Shown here one piece after another: positions 50,701 through 60,603 of a DNA stretch of 64,000 bases (position 1 is the stretch's first letter; the number at the start of each line of letters is the position of its first letter). Under the pieces are notes generated by a model. The model worked only from the letters and a program-made list of their open reading frames with translations. It was not told the DNA's origin and did not search any database. Source of the DNA: Gemmatimonadales bacterium (GTDB lineage: Bacteria; Gemmatimonadota; Gemmatimonadetes; Gemmatimonadales; Gemmatimonadaceae); contig JBBRQC010000006.1 in NCBI GenBank assembly GCA_038227135.1, positions 20,896-84,895 on the forward strand. Reading direction: 5' to 3'. The translations under genes and the position numbers were made by a program.

Positions 50701-51519
50701 ACCACGCCAAACCTGTCCACGGATTTCTATTCGGATCTGATCCCCGGGTTTAGGGCGAACGTCGGGTATTCGCTCTATCAGGGCGACGTCATGAGCGACA
50801 GCGCGCGGTTCAAGCCGTTCCGCGAGACGATAAACGCGTCGTTCAACGTCAACGCCCAGTCGGGAATCTTCGGCGTGCTGACGCGGGTGTTTGGAAAGGC
50901 GGTCCCCGAGAAGAATCCCGAGCTGGATAAGCCGGGCCAGAGTGGGGACGATGCCCTGGCGAGACGCGTCGCGACGACGCCCGTAGCCGGGATTACGCAG
51001 CGCGACCGCCAGTATTCGGTTCCAACCACGCAAGGCTGGGAGGCGAGCTTCACGTATTCATCCAGCCGCCAGCGGCCGCCGACAGGCCACGGAGTCGTGA
51101 TCGAGCAGGACATCACCACTCAATGCGCGCCGCTGCAACCCAATCCCATCGTCTATCAGCAGTGTCTCGAGCAGGCAGCGGCGACCGCGAGCAGTGCGGT
51201 GCCGGTGACGAACGGAATCGTCGGCGCGCCGTTCGTCCGCACGCCGCCGCGTGACAATATCCAGTCGCAGATGACCTTCCACCTCACGCCGAAATGGTCG
51301 GGGAGCTGGGGAACGAATTACGACTTTACCGCGAAGAAATTCGGGAGCCAGCAGGTGTCTCTCCAAAGGGACCTGCACGATTGGCGAGCGATTTTCGCCT
51401 TCACGCAGGCTCCGAACGGAAACTTCGCGTTCAGCTTCTTCATTGCCCTGAAAGCCGAACCTGACCTAAAATTCAACTATGACAAACAGACCTACCGGCC
51501 AGTAAGATCCCGACCGTGA
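47755..51519 (+). CDS. tatC: TatC (twin-arginine translocase subunit) continuous in frame with an LptD/OstA-like outer-membrane protein domain (1254 codons)
   Basis: Residues 1 to about 245 are a full TatC (MPFLDHLEELRKRLFW, six hydrophobic helices). There is no stop. A K/R-rich linker follows, then a signal-like segment ([19 protein letters not shown]), an OstA-like N-domain and a large beta-rich region (RRSGVLTPRFGLSE...). Confidence 0.75.
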   Translation: MSAAPGQEMPFLDHLEELRKRLFWIAGAVVLGVVVAFALLSKLDIIRLLERPILPLLHGQKLIYTHPGTSFHILLNASLVLGIILASPVIVAQLWGFLAPALYSHEKRVVVPVVLSMASLFLAGVSLSYFVVLPLTLQFLMSIESTALTPMISATEYFDFAISMCLAFGLVFEVPIAILALTALGIITPQFLSKYRRHAVVVCLVAAAFITPGADPYSLFALAIPLYVLYEVSVFVAIIAYRKRQKRRDRLEAEELASEAAPKPAAVPRSLYMLVVAALLVPGARVFGQVPRAPDSRSQTSRQRPDSARQDSTADSTRTRQLIKWLEADSVMKVLMARPGYSATRYQADEVVFDARTRLLHLKGKKAGVQRDETVLVGDSIVYSDSTKIIVARGDTVILRDPSRQAADVVARGRMAYNVALHRGCVTNISTSVESGQHWFVEGEDACFVSDTTRFAADTTRGRETAFYARNASITSCDDSIPDYHFQAKEVKMVSKNIMVARPAVLYIGEVPIMWLPFIFQDMRSGRRSGVLTPRFGLSELFRNSPTYRRHVENVGYYFALSDYMDAEFALDWRSGARSSIGDPGWVRLNGEMQYRWLDRFLSGRIGLFRHSLNDGTRNTGVSWQHSQSFSDATHFSANVNYVTNTFVQRTTSFNPATVLASITSTASYDTKIGPAALSLGGSRSQHPGRGEVNQTFPTFSISSPTIQVTRFLDWTPTFNFQTHQDLHIDETGEFAYQFFTNASGAPDSLRRKRNARNTTSSFSTPIKLGGFAWTNSFSLNSTEVDEPLTIVVVDPEDSSKKVSRVFAKSFPTNLDWQTNFGLPGLLHGSLNLSPSVSLENVDGSNGFWVRSHLSGGQFVHQSKRPSMNLSASPTLFALFPGFGPVSRFRHSITPVISFSYAPSGNLSTEFLRATNRSRQSFLGSLARNQISLGLSHVLEAKMKSTDTSSTAEQKKIKILSMNFSSIAYDIERARKTHRSGITTPNLSTDFYSDLIPGFRANVGYSLYQGDVMSDSARFKPFRETINASFNVNAQSGIFGVLTRVFGKAVPEKNPELDKPGQSGDDALARRVATTPVAGITQRDRQYSVPTTQGWEASFTYSSSRQRPPTGHGVVIEQDITTQCAPLQPNPIVYQQCLEQAAATASSAVPVTNGIVGAPFVRTPPRDNIQSQMTFHLTPKWSGSWGTNYDFTAKKFGSQQVSLQRDLHDWRAIFAFTQAPNGNFAFSFFIALKAEPDLKFNYDKQTYRPVRSRP

Positions 51520-52619
51520 CGCAGCGGCTGAACATCACGAATGGCGACAGCGCCGCCGGTACTCTCAGTGAGGCCGGCATCGTCGGCAAGGTCGTAGCGT
51601 GGCGTGACGTGCTGCATGAGGGACCGGTGGACGCGTCGTTACCCCTCAACGCGCTGAGCAAGCAGAGGGCGCGCTTCATCTCGGAGCGCGGGTGGGGAGA
51701 TTTCGCGCACGTGAGTGGCAACTTCGCCGAGCGAGACAAGGTCATCCAGCACCTGGACTACTTCGATGAAGTAGTGCTCTGGTTCGAGGACGACCTCTAC
51801 GATCAGCTCCAGCTGATCCAGGTTCTCGACCTCTTCTCGCGCGGCTCATCGCGCCGGAAGAGGGTCACGCTGATACAGGTTGACGGATATATCCCACCAT
51901 TGTCGGCCGCGGAGCTCCTGAAGCTGGACGCTGCGCGAATGCCGGTGACCGCGGAGCAGTACGCGCTGGCGCAGAAAGCGTGGAAGGCGTTCGGATCTGA
52001 CGACCCATCGAAAATCCTGCGCGCGCTCGACGGAAACCTTTCGCGACTCCCTTATCTTGCCTTCGCGCTTTGGCGACATCTCGAGGAATTTCCTTCGGTT
52101 GCAAACGGCCTCTCGCGATCGGAGCGGGAGATAATTACGGCAATAGAAGAAGGCCACACGACGCCGGTAGCAGCGTTTCTCGAAGTGGCGACCAAGCAGG
52201 AGAGCATTTTTCTCGGCGACATAATCTTCTATTCGTACCTGGAGCGGCTGAGCGGAGAAAGGAATCCTCTCCTGACGTGGGCCAGCGGCGAGGCTGTGGT
52301 TTCGCCGACAGCGGAGAACTCACGCGAGTTCGTTAAGAGAGAGCTGAAAGTCACGCTCCTCGGACGAGAAGTGCTCGCCGGGAGAAAGGACTGGCAGAAC
52401 ATCAACACGGAGTCCCGCTGGCTGGGCGGGGTCGAAATCGAGCCGGGCGCCAAGGGATGGAGGTGGGATCCCGATCAACGCGTTCTCATTCGTGCGCGCC
52501 CTCCGGCGGCACCCCGTAAATCGGTCAGGAAGGCGACGGCGGCGCGCAAACGTCCCATTGCGAAAAAGCGATTGACTTCTTCGCCCGTCAAAAAGCGCCC
52601 CGCACAAAAGAGAAAATGA
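51516..52619 (+). CDS. DUF1835-like protein with a Lys/Arg-rich C-terminal tail
   Basis: Its GTG overlaps the upstream stop (GTGA). The N-terminus LNITNGDSAAGTL...VVAWRDVLHEGPV...VVLWFEDDLYDQLQLIQVL resembles DUF1835 as I remember it. The tail is RKSVRKATAARKRPIAKKRLTSSPVKKRPAQKRK. Confidence 0.6.
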   Translation: MTQRLNITNGDSAAGTLSEAGIVGKVVAWRDVLHEGPVDASLPLNALSKQRARFISERGWGDFAHVSGNFAERDKVIQHLDYFDEVVLWFEDDLYDQLQLIQVLDLFSRGSSRRKRVTLIQVDGYIPPLSAAELLKLDAARMPVTAEQYALAQKAWKAFGSDDPSKILRALDGNLSRLPYLAFALWRHLEEFPSVANGLSRSEREIITAIEEGHTTPVAAFLEVATKQESIFLGDIIFYSYLERLSGERNPLLTWASGEAVVSPTAENSREFVKRELKVTLLGREVLAGRKDWQNINTESRWLGGVEIEPGAKGWRWDPDQRVLIRARPPAAPRKSVRKATAARKRPIAKKRLTSSPVKKRPAQKRK

Positions 52620-52623
52620 CCGG

Positions 52624-52639
52624 CGAAAAGCGCTTTTCG
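52624..52639. promoter_or_regulatory. perfect 16-bp palindrome CGAAAAGCGCTTTTCG immediately upstream of the hutH SD
   Basis: It was read directly from the sequence. It lies between the DUF1835-like stop (52619) and the hutH GTG (52651), and could be an operator or a small hairpin. Confidence 0.3.
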
Positions 52640-52650
52640 AAGGGAGAGAA

Positions 52651-54167
52651 GTGACCGCAAACCTCCTCATCGACGGTGATTCACTCACTGTCGATCAAGC
52701 CTACGCTGTCGCTGTCGAGCGACTTCGCGTCGGTATCGCGCCCAAAGCCCGGGCGCGGATGTTACGCACGCGCGCTGTCGTGGACGCCATCGTCCAGAAA
52801 AACGACGTCGTCTACGGTGTGACTACCGGCTTCGGCAAGCTCTCCGACGTCGCCATTCCGCCCAACAGGCTGGCCGAGCTGCAGATCAATCTCGTGCGGA
52901 GCCACGCGTCAGGCGTGGGCGACCGCCTGCCCGAGCCCGAAGTGCGCGCGATGATGCTCTTGCGCGCCAACGTCATCGCCAAGGGTTACTCGGGCGCTCG
53001 CCCGGAGCTGGTGGATCTGCTGCTCGACTTGCTCAATGCCGACGTGTATCCGCCGATCCCTGAGCAGGGAAGCGTCGGCGCCAGCGGAGATTTAGCGCCT
53101 CTCGCGCACCTCGCGCTTTCCCTTATTGGCGAAGGAACCCTGATCAAGGGCGGGAAGGAAGAGCCCGCGCTGAAGGTGCTCAGGCAGATTGGAACGAAGC
53201 CGGTGGTGCTCGCGCCAAAGGAGGGAATCACTCTCATCAATGGCACGCAGGCGCACACGGCGGTGGCACTCATCGCCGTCGTCGGCGCGCGGTCTCTCTG
53301 GCGCACCGCGCACGTCGCCGGCGCGATGTCACTCGAAGGGCTGCTCGGTACTCCCGTCGCGTTCGACCAGCGCCTACACGCCGCCCGTGGACAGAAGGGG
53401 CAGGTACGCTCGGCGGCCCTGCTGCGCGATCTTCTCGCCGACAGCGAGCTGCGTGAATCACACCGTCACGGCGATCCGCGGGTTCAGGACCCGTATTCGC
53501 TGCGGTGCATGCCCCAGGTGCACGGCCCGGTGCTCGACGCCCTCGACTGGATCGGTGAGGCGGTCTCTCGCGAGCTGAATGCCGCAACCGATAATCCGCT
53601 CGTATTCGAGAACGGCGAGACGCTGAGCGGCGGGAACTTCCACGGACTGATCATAGCGATGGCGCTCGACTTCCTGGCGATCGTGCTTACGCATCTGGCG
53701 ACGATGGCCGAGAGGAGAATCGACCGGCTCGTGCATCCCGATCTCAACCAGGGGCTGCCGGCATTCCTTTCTCCGGATGCGGGTGTGAATTCCGGTTTCA
53801 TGATGGCCCAGGTGACGGCCGCCGCGCTCGCGAGCGAATGCAAGGTGCTCTCGCACCCGGCCAGCGTGGACACGATCCCCACCGACGGCAGCAAGGAAGA
53901 CGTCGTTCCGATGGCGATGGGCGCGGCATGGAAGGCGCGCCGCGTTCTTCACAATCTGGAGAACATCCTGGCCATCGAGCTGATGTGTGGAGCGCAGGCA
54001 ATCGACTTCAGGGCGCCACTCAAACCCGGACGCGGTGTTCGAACAGCGCACGAGCGTGTGCGCGAGATTGTGCCGCGTCTCGAGGCTGATCGCGTGCTGA
54101 GCGGGGACATATCGGCTCTCAGGGCGGCCGTCTCGGATCAGCGGTTCGCCGACATCGGAGCCGTGAC

Positions 54168-54171
<4 letters not shown>
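52651..54171 (+). CDS. hutH: histidine ammonia-lyase
   Basis: It has the MIO-forming motif [15 protein letters not shown] and [10 protein letters not shown], and it lies next to hutU. Confidence 0.95.
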
Positions 54172-55871
<1,700 letters not shown>

Positions 55872-55911
55872 ACCGGCTACGGGAGGATTTGGATCGACCA
55901 TCAGTGTCTCT

Positions 55912-56934
55912 GTGGCCAGCTATTCATATCCAATGCTGACCGCCGAGTTCAAACCCTGGCACGTCCCGGTATTCCTGGCCAAGTACGCTTACCTCACGGT
56001 CAGGCGTCGCCCGGTGCTGGTCCATTTCGAGGTCACGATGCGCTGCAACGCGCACTGTGGCTTCTGCGATTACTGGAAGACGGATCCATCGGCAAAGGCG
56101 AGTGAGCTCACGAGCTTTGCTGACGCCGCGCGCTTCTTCAATCCGATGGTAGTCACCTTCACCGGCGGCGAGCCGACGTTGCGGCGCGATCTCGAAGCCA
56201 TCGTGTCCGGTGTGAACGAGGCGATTTGCCTCAAGTACATGACGCTGATCACTCACGGGGGGATGCTATCGGCCGAGCGTGCTCGCTCGCTGTGGAAGGC
56301 GGGGATAAACCAGTTCAATATCTCCTTCGATTATCTGGACGACCGTCACGACAAAGCGCGGGGAATTCCTGGATTGAGCGCCCGGATCATGACGGCGATT
56401 CCCCGCATGAGAGAGATGGGAATCACCGGCATTCGCTTCAACACGGTCATCAAGCGCGACAATCTCGATCAGCTGATCCCGATCGTCGCACGAGCCCGGG
56501 AGCTCGGATGCGGGGTGAATTTCAGCTGCTACACGGCGGCGAAGAACGGAAACGAGGAAGGAACCATCGAGCGCGAACAGCGACAGCATCTCGAGCAGGT
56601 GATCGCTGAGCTTCTCGCGTTCAAGCGACAGACGCGCGGTGTGATAACCAACTCCGACTACTACCTCGAGCAGATTCCGCGTTACGTGCGCGGCGAGATT
56701 GCCGAGCCCTGCCGGTCGGGGATGCGGACGATTCACATCGATCCGGTGGGCCGCGTGAAGCGCTGTCCCGATTTCCCGACCGATTTTCACTGGACGGAAT
56801 TCCGGAAGTACGAGCCGATCAACTGCAACGCCTGCTACTACGCGTGTCGCGGAGAAGCCCAGGCTCCTTTGCGGTTCTCCCGCGTCCGCGATGTGATGGC
56901 CACGCCAAAGCCGCTCGTGCTGCTTCATGGTTGA
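55912..56934 (+). CDS. radical SAM protein with a SPASM/twitch-like C-terminal Cys cluster
   Basis: It has CX3CX2C (CNAHCGFC), a GGEP motif (TFTGGEPTL), then a C-terminal CX12GX4C (CRSGMRTIHIDPVGRVKRC) followed by CNACYYAC. It is embedded between hutU and hutI. Confidence 0.8.
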   Translation: MASYSYPMLTAEFKPWHVPVFLAKYAYLTVRRRPVLVHFEVTMRCNAHCGFCDYWKTDPSAKASELTSFADAARFFNPMVVTFTGGEPTLRRDLEAIVSGVNEAICLKYMTLITHGGMLSAERARSLWKAGINQFNISFDYLDDRHDKARGIPGLSARIMTAIPRMREMGITGIRFNTVIKRDNLDQLIPIVARARELGCGVNFSCYTAAKNGNEEGTIEREQRQHLEQVIAELLAFKRQTRGVITNSDYYLEQIPRYVRGEIAEPCRSGMRTIHIDPVGRVKRCPDFPTDFHWTEFRKYEPINCNACYYACRGEAQAPLRFSRVRDVMATPKPLVLLHG

Positions 56935-56955
56935 TCGCGGGCGGGTCGGTTCCGG

Positions 56956-58263
56956 GTGAAAGACCTCCTTTTCGTAAACGCCGCTCAGATCGTCACCTGC
57001 GCTGGCCCGGCTCGCGCGCGGAAGGGGACCGAGATGCGCGAGGCGGGGATCCTTGCGAACTCGGCGGTCGCGGTCAGCGGGGGCCGCATAGCCGCGATTG
57101 GGGCCGCGCGCGATATCCAGCACGCGTTCACCGACGCGGAGATCATCGATTGCAGCGGCGGCGTCCTCACTCCGGGACTCGTTGATTCGCACACCCACGC
57201 CGTATTCGGGAAGCCTAGGTTCGAGGAGCAGGAGCTGCGCGCGCAGCGGCACGATTACATGCAGATCGCGGCGCAGGGTGGTGGCATCCACGCATCGGTC
57301 CGTGACTTTCGCGCGCGCAGCGAGGACGAGCTGTACGATCTTGCCCTTCCGCGCCTAAGGTCGCTCGCGGCCTACGGAACCACGACCGTCGAGATCAAGA
57401 GCGGCTATGGACTCTCAGTGGAAGACGAGCTGAAGGCGCTGCGCGTCGTCGGTCGTCTCGCGCGGGCAGCGCCGATGCGCATAGTCGCCACGTGGCTGGG
57501 GGCTCACGAGATTCCCCACGAGTACCGCTCCACCGACTCGCACCGGTCGGAATTTCTCGAGCTCCTTATCAAGGACATGCTCCCCAAAGTGAAGGAGCAG
57601 GGAATCGCGCGTTTTTCGGACATCTTCTGCGAGCCGGGTGTATTTACCCTCGAAGAGACGCGCAGAATTCTCGAGGCTTCGAGCAAAGCCGGCCTTGGGG
57701 TCAAGGTTCACGCGGATGAGCTCGAGCCGTGTGGCGGCGCCGAGCTGGCCGCGGCGCTCGGAGCAATTTCGGCGGACCACCTGGCGGCCATTTCCGAAGC
57801 GGGAATTGCGGCGCTCGCCAGGTCGGGTACGGTCGCGACGCTTCTTCCCGGCACCATGCTCTTCCTCGGCAAAGCAAAACAGGCTCCCGCGCGCGCGCTG
57901 ATCGAAGCCGGCGCAGCGGTGGCGCTGGCGACCGATTTCAATCCGGGAACGTCGCCGACCGTTAACTTTCCGCTGATGTTGACGCTTGGCGTCAGCCAGC
58001 TCCGGATGAGCGTCGCCGAGGTTTTGGTCGCGGCGACGGTCAACGGGGCTGCTGCGCTCGGCCTCGCTGGAGAGACGGGGCAGATCGCGCCCGGCTTCGC
58101 CGCCGACCTCGCGCTCTTTCAGGTCAGCGACGTGCGGGAGTTGCCATACTGGTATGGCGCCCGTCTTTGTGTGGGGACGTGGAAGGCGGGCGCGCCTTGT
58201 CACCCCTACGAAACAGTAAGTAACTTGAACCCTCGCTCCCCGGAGTTTTCAGCTGCCGGGTAA
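56956..58263 (+). CDS. hutI: imidazolonepropionase
   Basis: It is an amidohydrolase with GLVDSHTHAVF, KVHADEL, and ATDFNPGTSP motifs, in a hut context. Confidence 0.93.
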   Translation: MKDLLFVNAAQIVTCAGPARARKGTEMREAGILANSAVAVSGGRIAAIGAARDIQHAFTDAEIIDCSGGVLTPGLVDSHTHAVFGKPRFEEQELRAQRHDYMQIAAQGGGIHASVRDFRARSEDELYDLALPRLRSLAAYGTTTVEIKSGYGLSVEDELKALRVVGRLARAAPMRIVATWLGAHEIPHEYRSTDSHRSEFLELLIKDMLPKVKEQGIARFSDIFCEPGVFTLEETRRILEASSKAGLGVKVHADELEPCGGAELAAALGAISADHLAAISEAGIAALARSGTVATLLPGTMLFLGKAKQAPARALIEAGAAVALATDFNPGTSPTVNFPLMLTLGVSQLRMSVAEVLVAATVNGAAALGLAGETGQIAPGFAADLALFQVSDVRELPYWYGARLCVGTWKAGAPCHPYETVSNLNPRSPEFSAAG

Positions 58264-58287
58264 GTCATATTCGCCCGGCCGCCCTTA

Positions 58288-60603
58288 ATGTCAGCTAGCA
58301 TCGATAAGTTCAAGAAAAAGGCAGCCGAATTCGAGCAGAAGAAACAGTTCGATAAGGCTCTCGAGGTCTATCTCCAGATCATCGGCCAGTCCGAGGGTCA
58401 GGAGGATTCCGACGTCACGGTCTATAACCGCGTCGGTGATCTGTACCTGCGCCTGAACAAGGCAGACCAGGCGGTCAATTACTACGAGCAGGCCGTGGAC
58501 CTCTACACCGAGGGCGGCTACCTCAACAACGCGATCGCGCTCTGCAACAAGATCCTCCGCCACGCGCCGGCGCGTCACCAGATCTACTACAAGCTCGGGA
58601 AAATCTCCGCCAAGAAGGGGTTCAACAGCGACGCGAAGAAGAACTTCCTCGAGTACGCCGATCGCATGCACCGCGCCGGAAAGGAGACCGACGCCTTCAA
58701 GGCGCTCCAGGAATTTGCCGATCTGTGCCCGGGCCAGGACGACATTCGCCTGATGCTCGCCGACCAGCTCGCCAAGGCGGGTAAGAAAAACGAGGCGATC
58801 GAGCAGCTCCAGATTCTGCACGAGTCGCTCGACGCGGAGGGCCGCGCTGGCGAAGCGGAGGCAACCGTGCAGCGGATGCAGTCGCTCGATCCGGGTGTCG
58901 AGCCGCGCCGCTCCAAGACGCCGCGACCCCAGGAGGCCGGTGGGCTGGTCTTCCTCGACCTCGGCGGATCGCCGGCCAAGCCTCGCCCCAAGCTGGAGCA
59001 CGTCGAACGCGCCCCCGCGCCCGAGGTGCGTCAGCGGCCGAAAACGCCGCCGCACGTGCAGCCGTCTCCCGAGTTCGAGCAGCTCCCCGACATCGAACCG
59101 CTCCCCGAGCTCGAACCTCTGCCCGAGCTCGAGCTCGAACCGGACAATTCGCAGGTTCCAGGACTGGAGTTTCAGTCGGGCGCGTCTATCACCGAAATCG
59201 AGCCAGCCTTCGATCTGAGTCTGGACGAGGAAGTCATACCCCCACTCGAGGGGCTCGAGTCGTCGACCGATCCGGATGCGTTTGCGATCGATCCCGAAGT
59301 CGAGGCCGTCGCAGCCTCCGAGGCGGTTGAAGGATTGATCGCCGCAGAGACCAGCTTTGCAGAGCCGGGGCTTGGCGAGCCGCTGGTTACGCAGGACCCG
59401 TTGTCAGGGTTGAACGTCCTGGAGGACGACCGTTTCTACATCCACGATGCCGATCCGCTGGCTGGACTCGGCCAAGGGGATGAAGAGCCCATCGTCGAGT
59501 CTGTAGCCCCCGAGGCCGAAGCAGACACGCAAGCCACGGAGCTCGACGAGGAAGTGGCTGAGGAAGAAGAGGAAGTGTCTCCGTCGCAGAAGGTTGCGCG
59601 GAGAACTCCGCCCCGGGCCGAGCCAGAGCAAGAGGACGAGTTGGAACAGGAACAGGACGAGGAGGAGGAAGAGCAAAGGCAAGAGACGGCAAGGCAAGAG
59701 ACGGCAAGGCAAGAGACGGCAAGGCAAGAGGCGGCAAGGCACGAAGCGGCAAGGCACGAAGCGGCATTGGAAGCAGCGCGACAAGAAGAGGCAAGGAAGG
59801 TCGAGAAGCCGCGTGCGCCCGAGCAGCTCAAGCAAAGCAAGCTCAAGGTCGTGCCCGTGCGGCCGACGCGGCCCAAGCCGAAAGCCGAACCGGAGCCGGA
59901 GCCCGAACCGCAAGCGCCGGCACAGAGCGAGAAGCGCGCAATCAATCCGTTCCAGCGCAAGAAGCCGCGTGACCCGTCGCCGCCCGCCAGTCCCCGCCTG
60001 ACGACGCCGCCCGCGGAAGTTCCGCGCGCCGCCACACCGAAGCAGAACGCGTCGCACCCGTCGCGAGAAGACAATCTCGTGGATCTGGCGGATTGGCTGC
60101 GCGAGGATGCAAGCCCGAAGTCGTACCGGATGGTTGCCGCCGATGACAAACGAATCGGCGACGAGCAGGCAGACTTCACCGACATGCTGGAGAAGTTCAA
60201 GGCCGGAGTGGCCGCCAACGTCGACGACGAGGACTTCGACAGCCACTACGATCTGGGCATCGCGTACCGCGAGATGGGACTCATCGACGAAGCGATCGCT
60301 GAATTCCAGAAGGCGCTGCGCGGCGCGACCAATCGAATCCGCGCTTACGAAGCACTCGGGCAGTGCTTCATCGATCGTCGCGAGTACGACGTCGCAGTCA
60401 GCATCCTCGGCCGCGCCTTGCGTGAGCCGGGCATGGAAGACGAGGACCTCATCGGCGTACTCTACCTGCTCGGCTACGCCTCAGAAGAAGGCAGAAAACC
60501 GCGCGATGCCGCGGCCTATTACCATCGGGTGTTCGCCATCGACATCGATTTCCGCGACGTCGGCAAGCGCCTCAAGCAGATGGGCAAGGCCGCCTCCAAG
60601 TGA
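58288..60603 (+). CDS. TPR-repeat protein with a long acidic/Pro-rich low-complexity centre
   Basis: TPR-like helices occur at both ends (e.g. YNRVGDLYLRLNKADQAVNYYEQAV, and HYDLGIAYREMGLIDEAIAEFQKAL). The middle of about 400 aa is E/P/A-rich with pentapeptide repeats. Confidence 0.75.
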   Translation: MSASIDKFKKKAAEFEQKKQFDKALEVYLQIIGQSEGQEDSDVTVYNRVGDLYLRLNKADQAVNYYEQAVDLYTEGGYLNNAIALCNKILRHAPARHQIYYKLGKISAKKGFNSDAKKNFLEYADRMHRAGKETDAFKALQEFADLCPGQDDIRLMLADQLAKAGKKNEAIEQLQILHESLDAEGRAGEAEATVQRMQSLDPGVEPRRSKTPRPQEAGGLVFLDLGGSPAKPRPKLEHVERAPAPEVRQRPKTPPHVQPSPEFEQLPDIEPLPELEPLPELELEPDNSQVPGLEFQSGASITEIEPAFDLSLDEEVIPPLEGLESSTDPDAFAIDPEVEAVAASEAVEGLIAAETSFAEPGLGEPLVTQDPLSGLNVLEDDRFYIHDADPLAGLGQGDEEPIVESVAPEAEADTQATELDEEVAEEEEEVSPSQKVARRTPPRAEPEQEDELEQEQDEEEEEQRQETARQETARQETARQEAARHEAARHEAALEAARQEEARKVEKPRAPEQLKQSKLKVVPVRPTRPKPKAEPEPEPEPQAPAQSEKRAINPFQRKKPRDPSPPASPRLTTPPAEVPRAATPKQNASHPSREDNLVDLADWLREDASPKSYRMVAADDKRIGDEQADFTDMLEKFKAGVAANVDDEDFDSHYDLGIAYREMGLIDEAIAEFQKALRGATNRIRAYEALGQCFIDRREYDVAVSILGRALREPGMEDEDLIGVLYLLGYASEEGRKPRDAAAYYHRVFAIDIDFRDVGKRLKQMGKAASK
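59676..59765 (+). repeat. six tandem 15-bp units (AAGGCAAGAGACGGC and variants) encoding (R-Q/H-E-T/A-A)x6
   Basis: Units 1 to 3 are identical, unit 4 has one change, and units 5 and 6 are identical to each other. The repeat is in frame inside the TPR protein gene. Confidence 0.9.
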
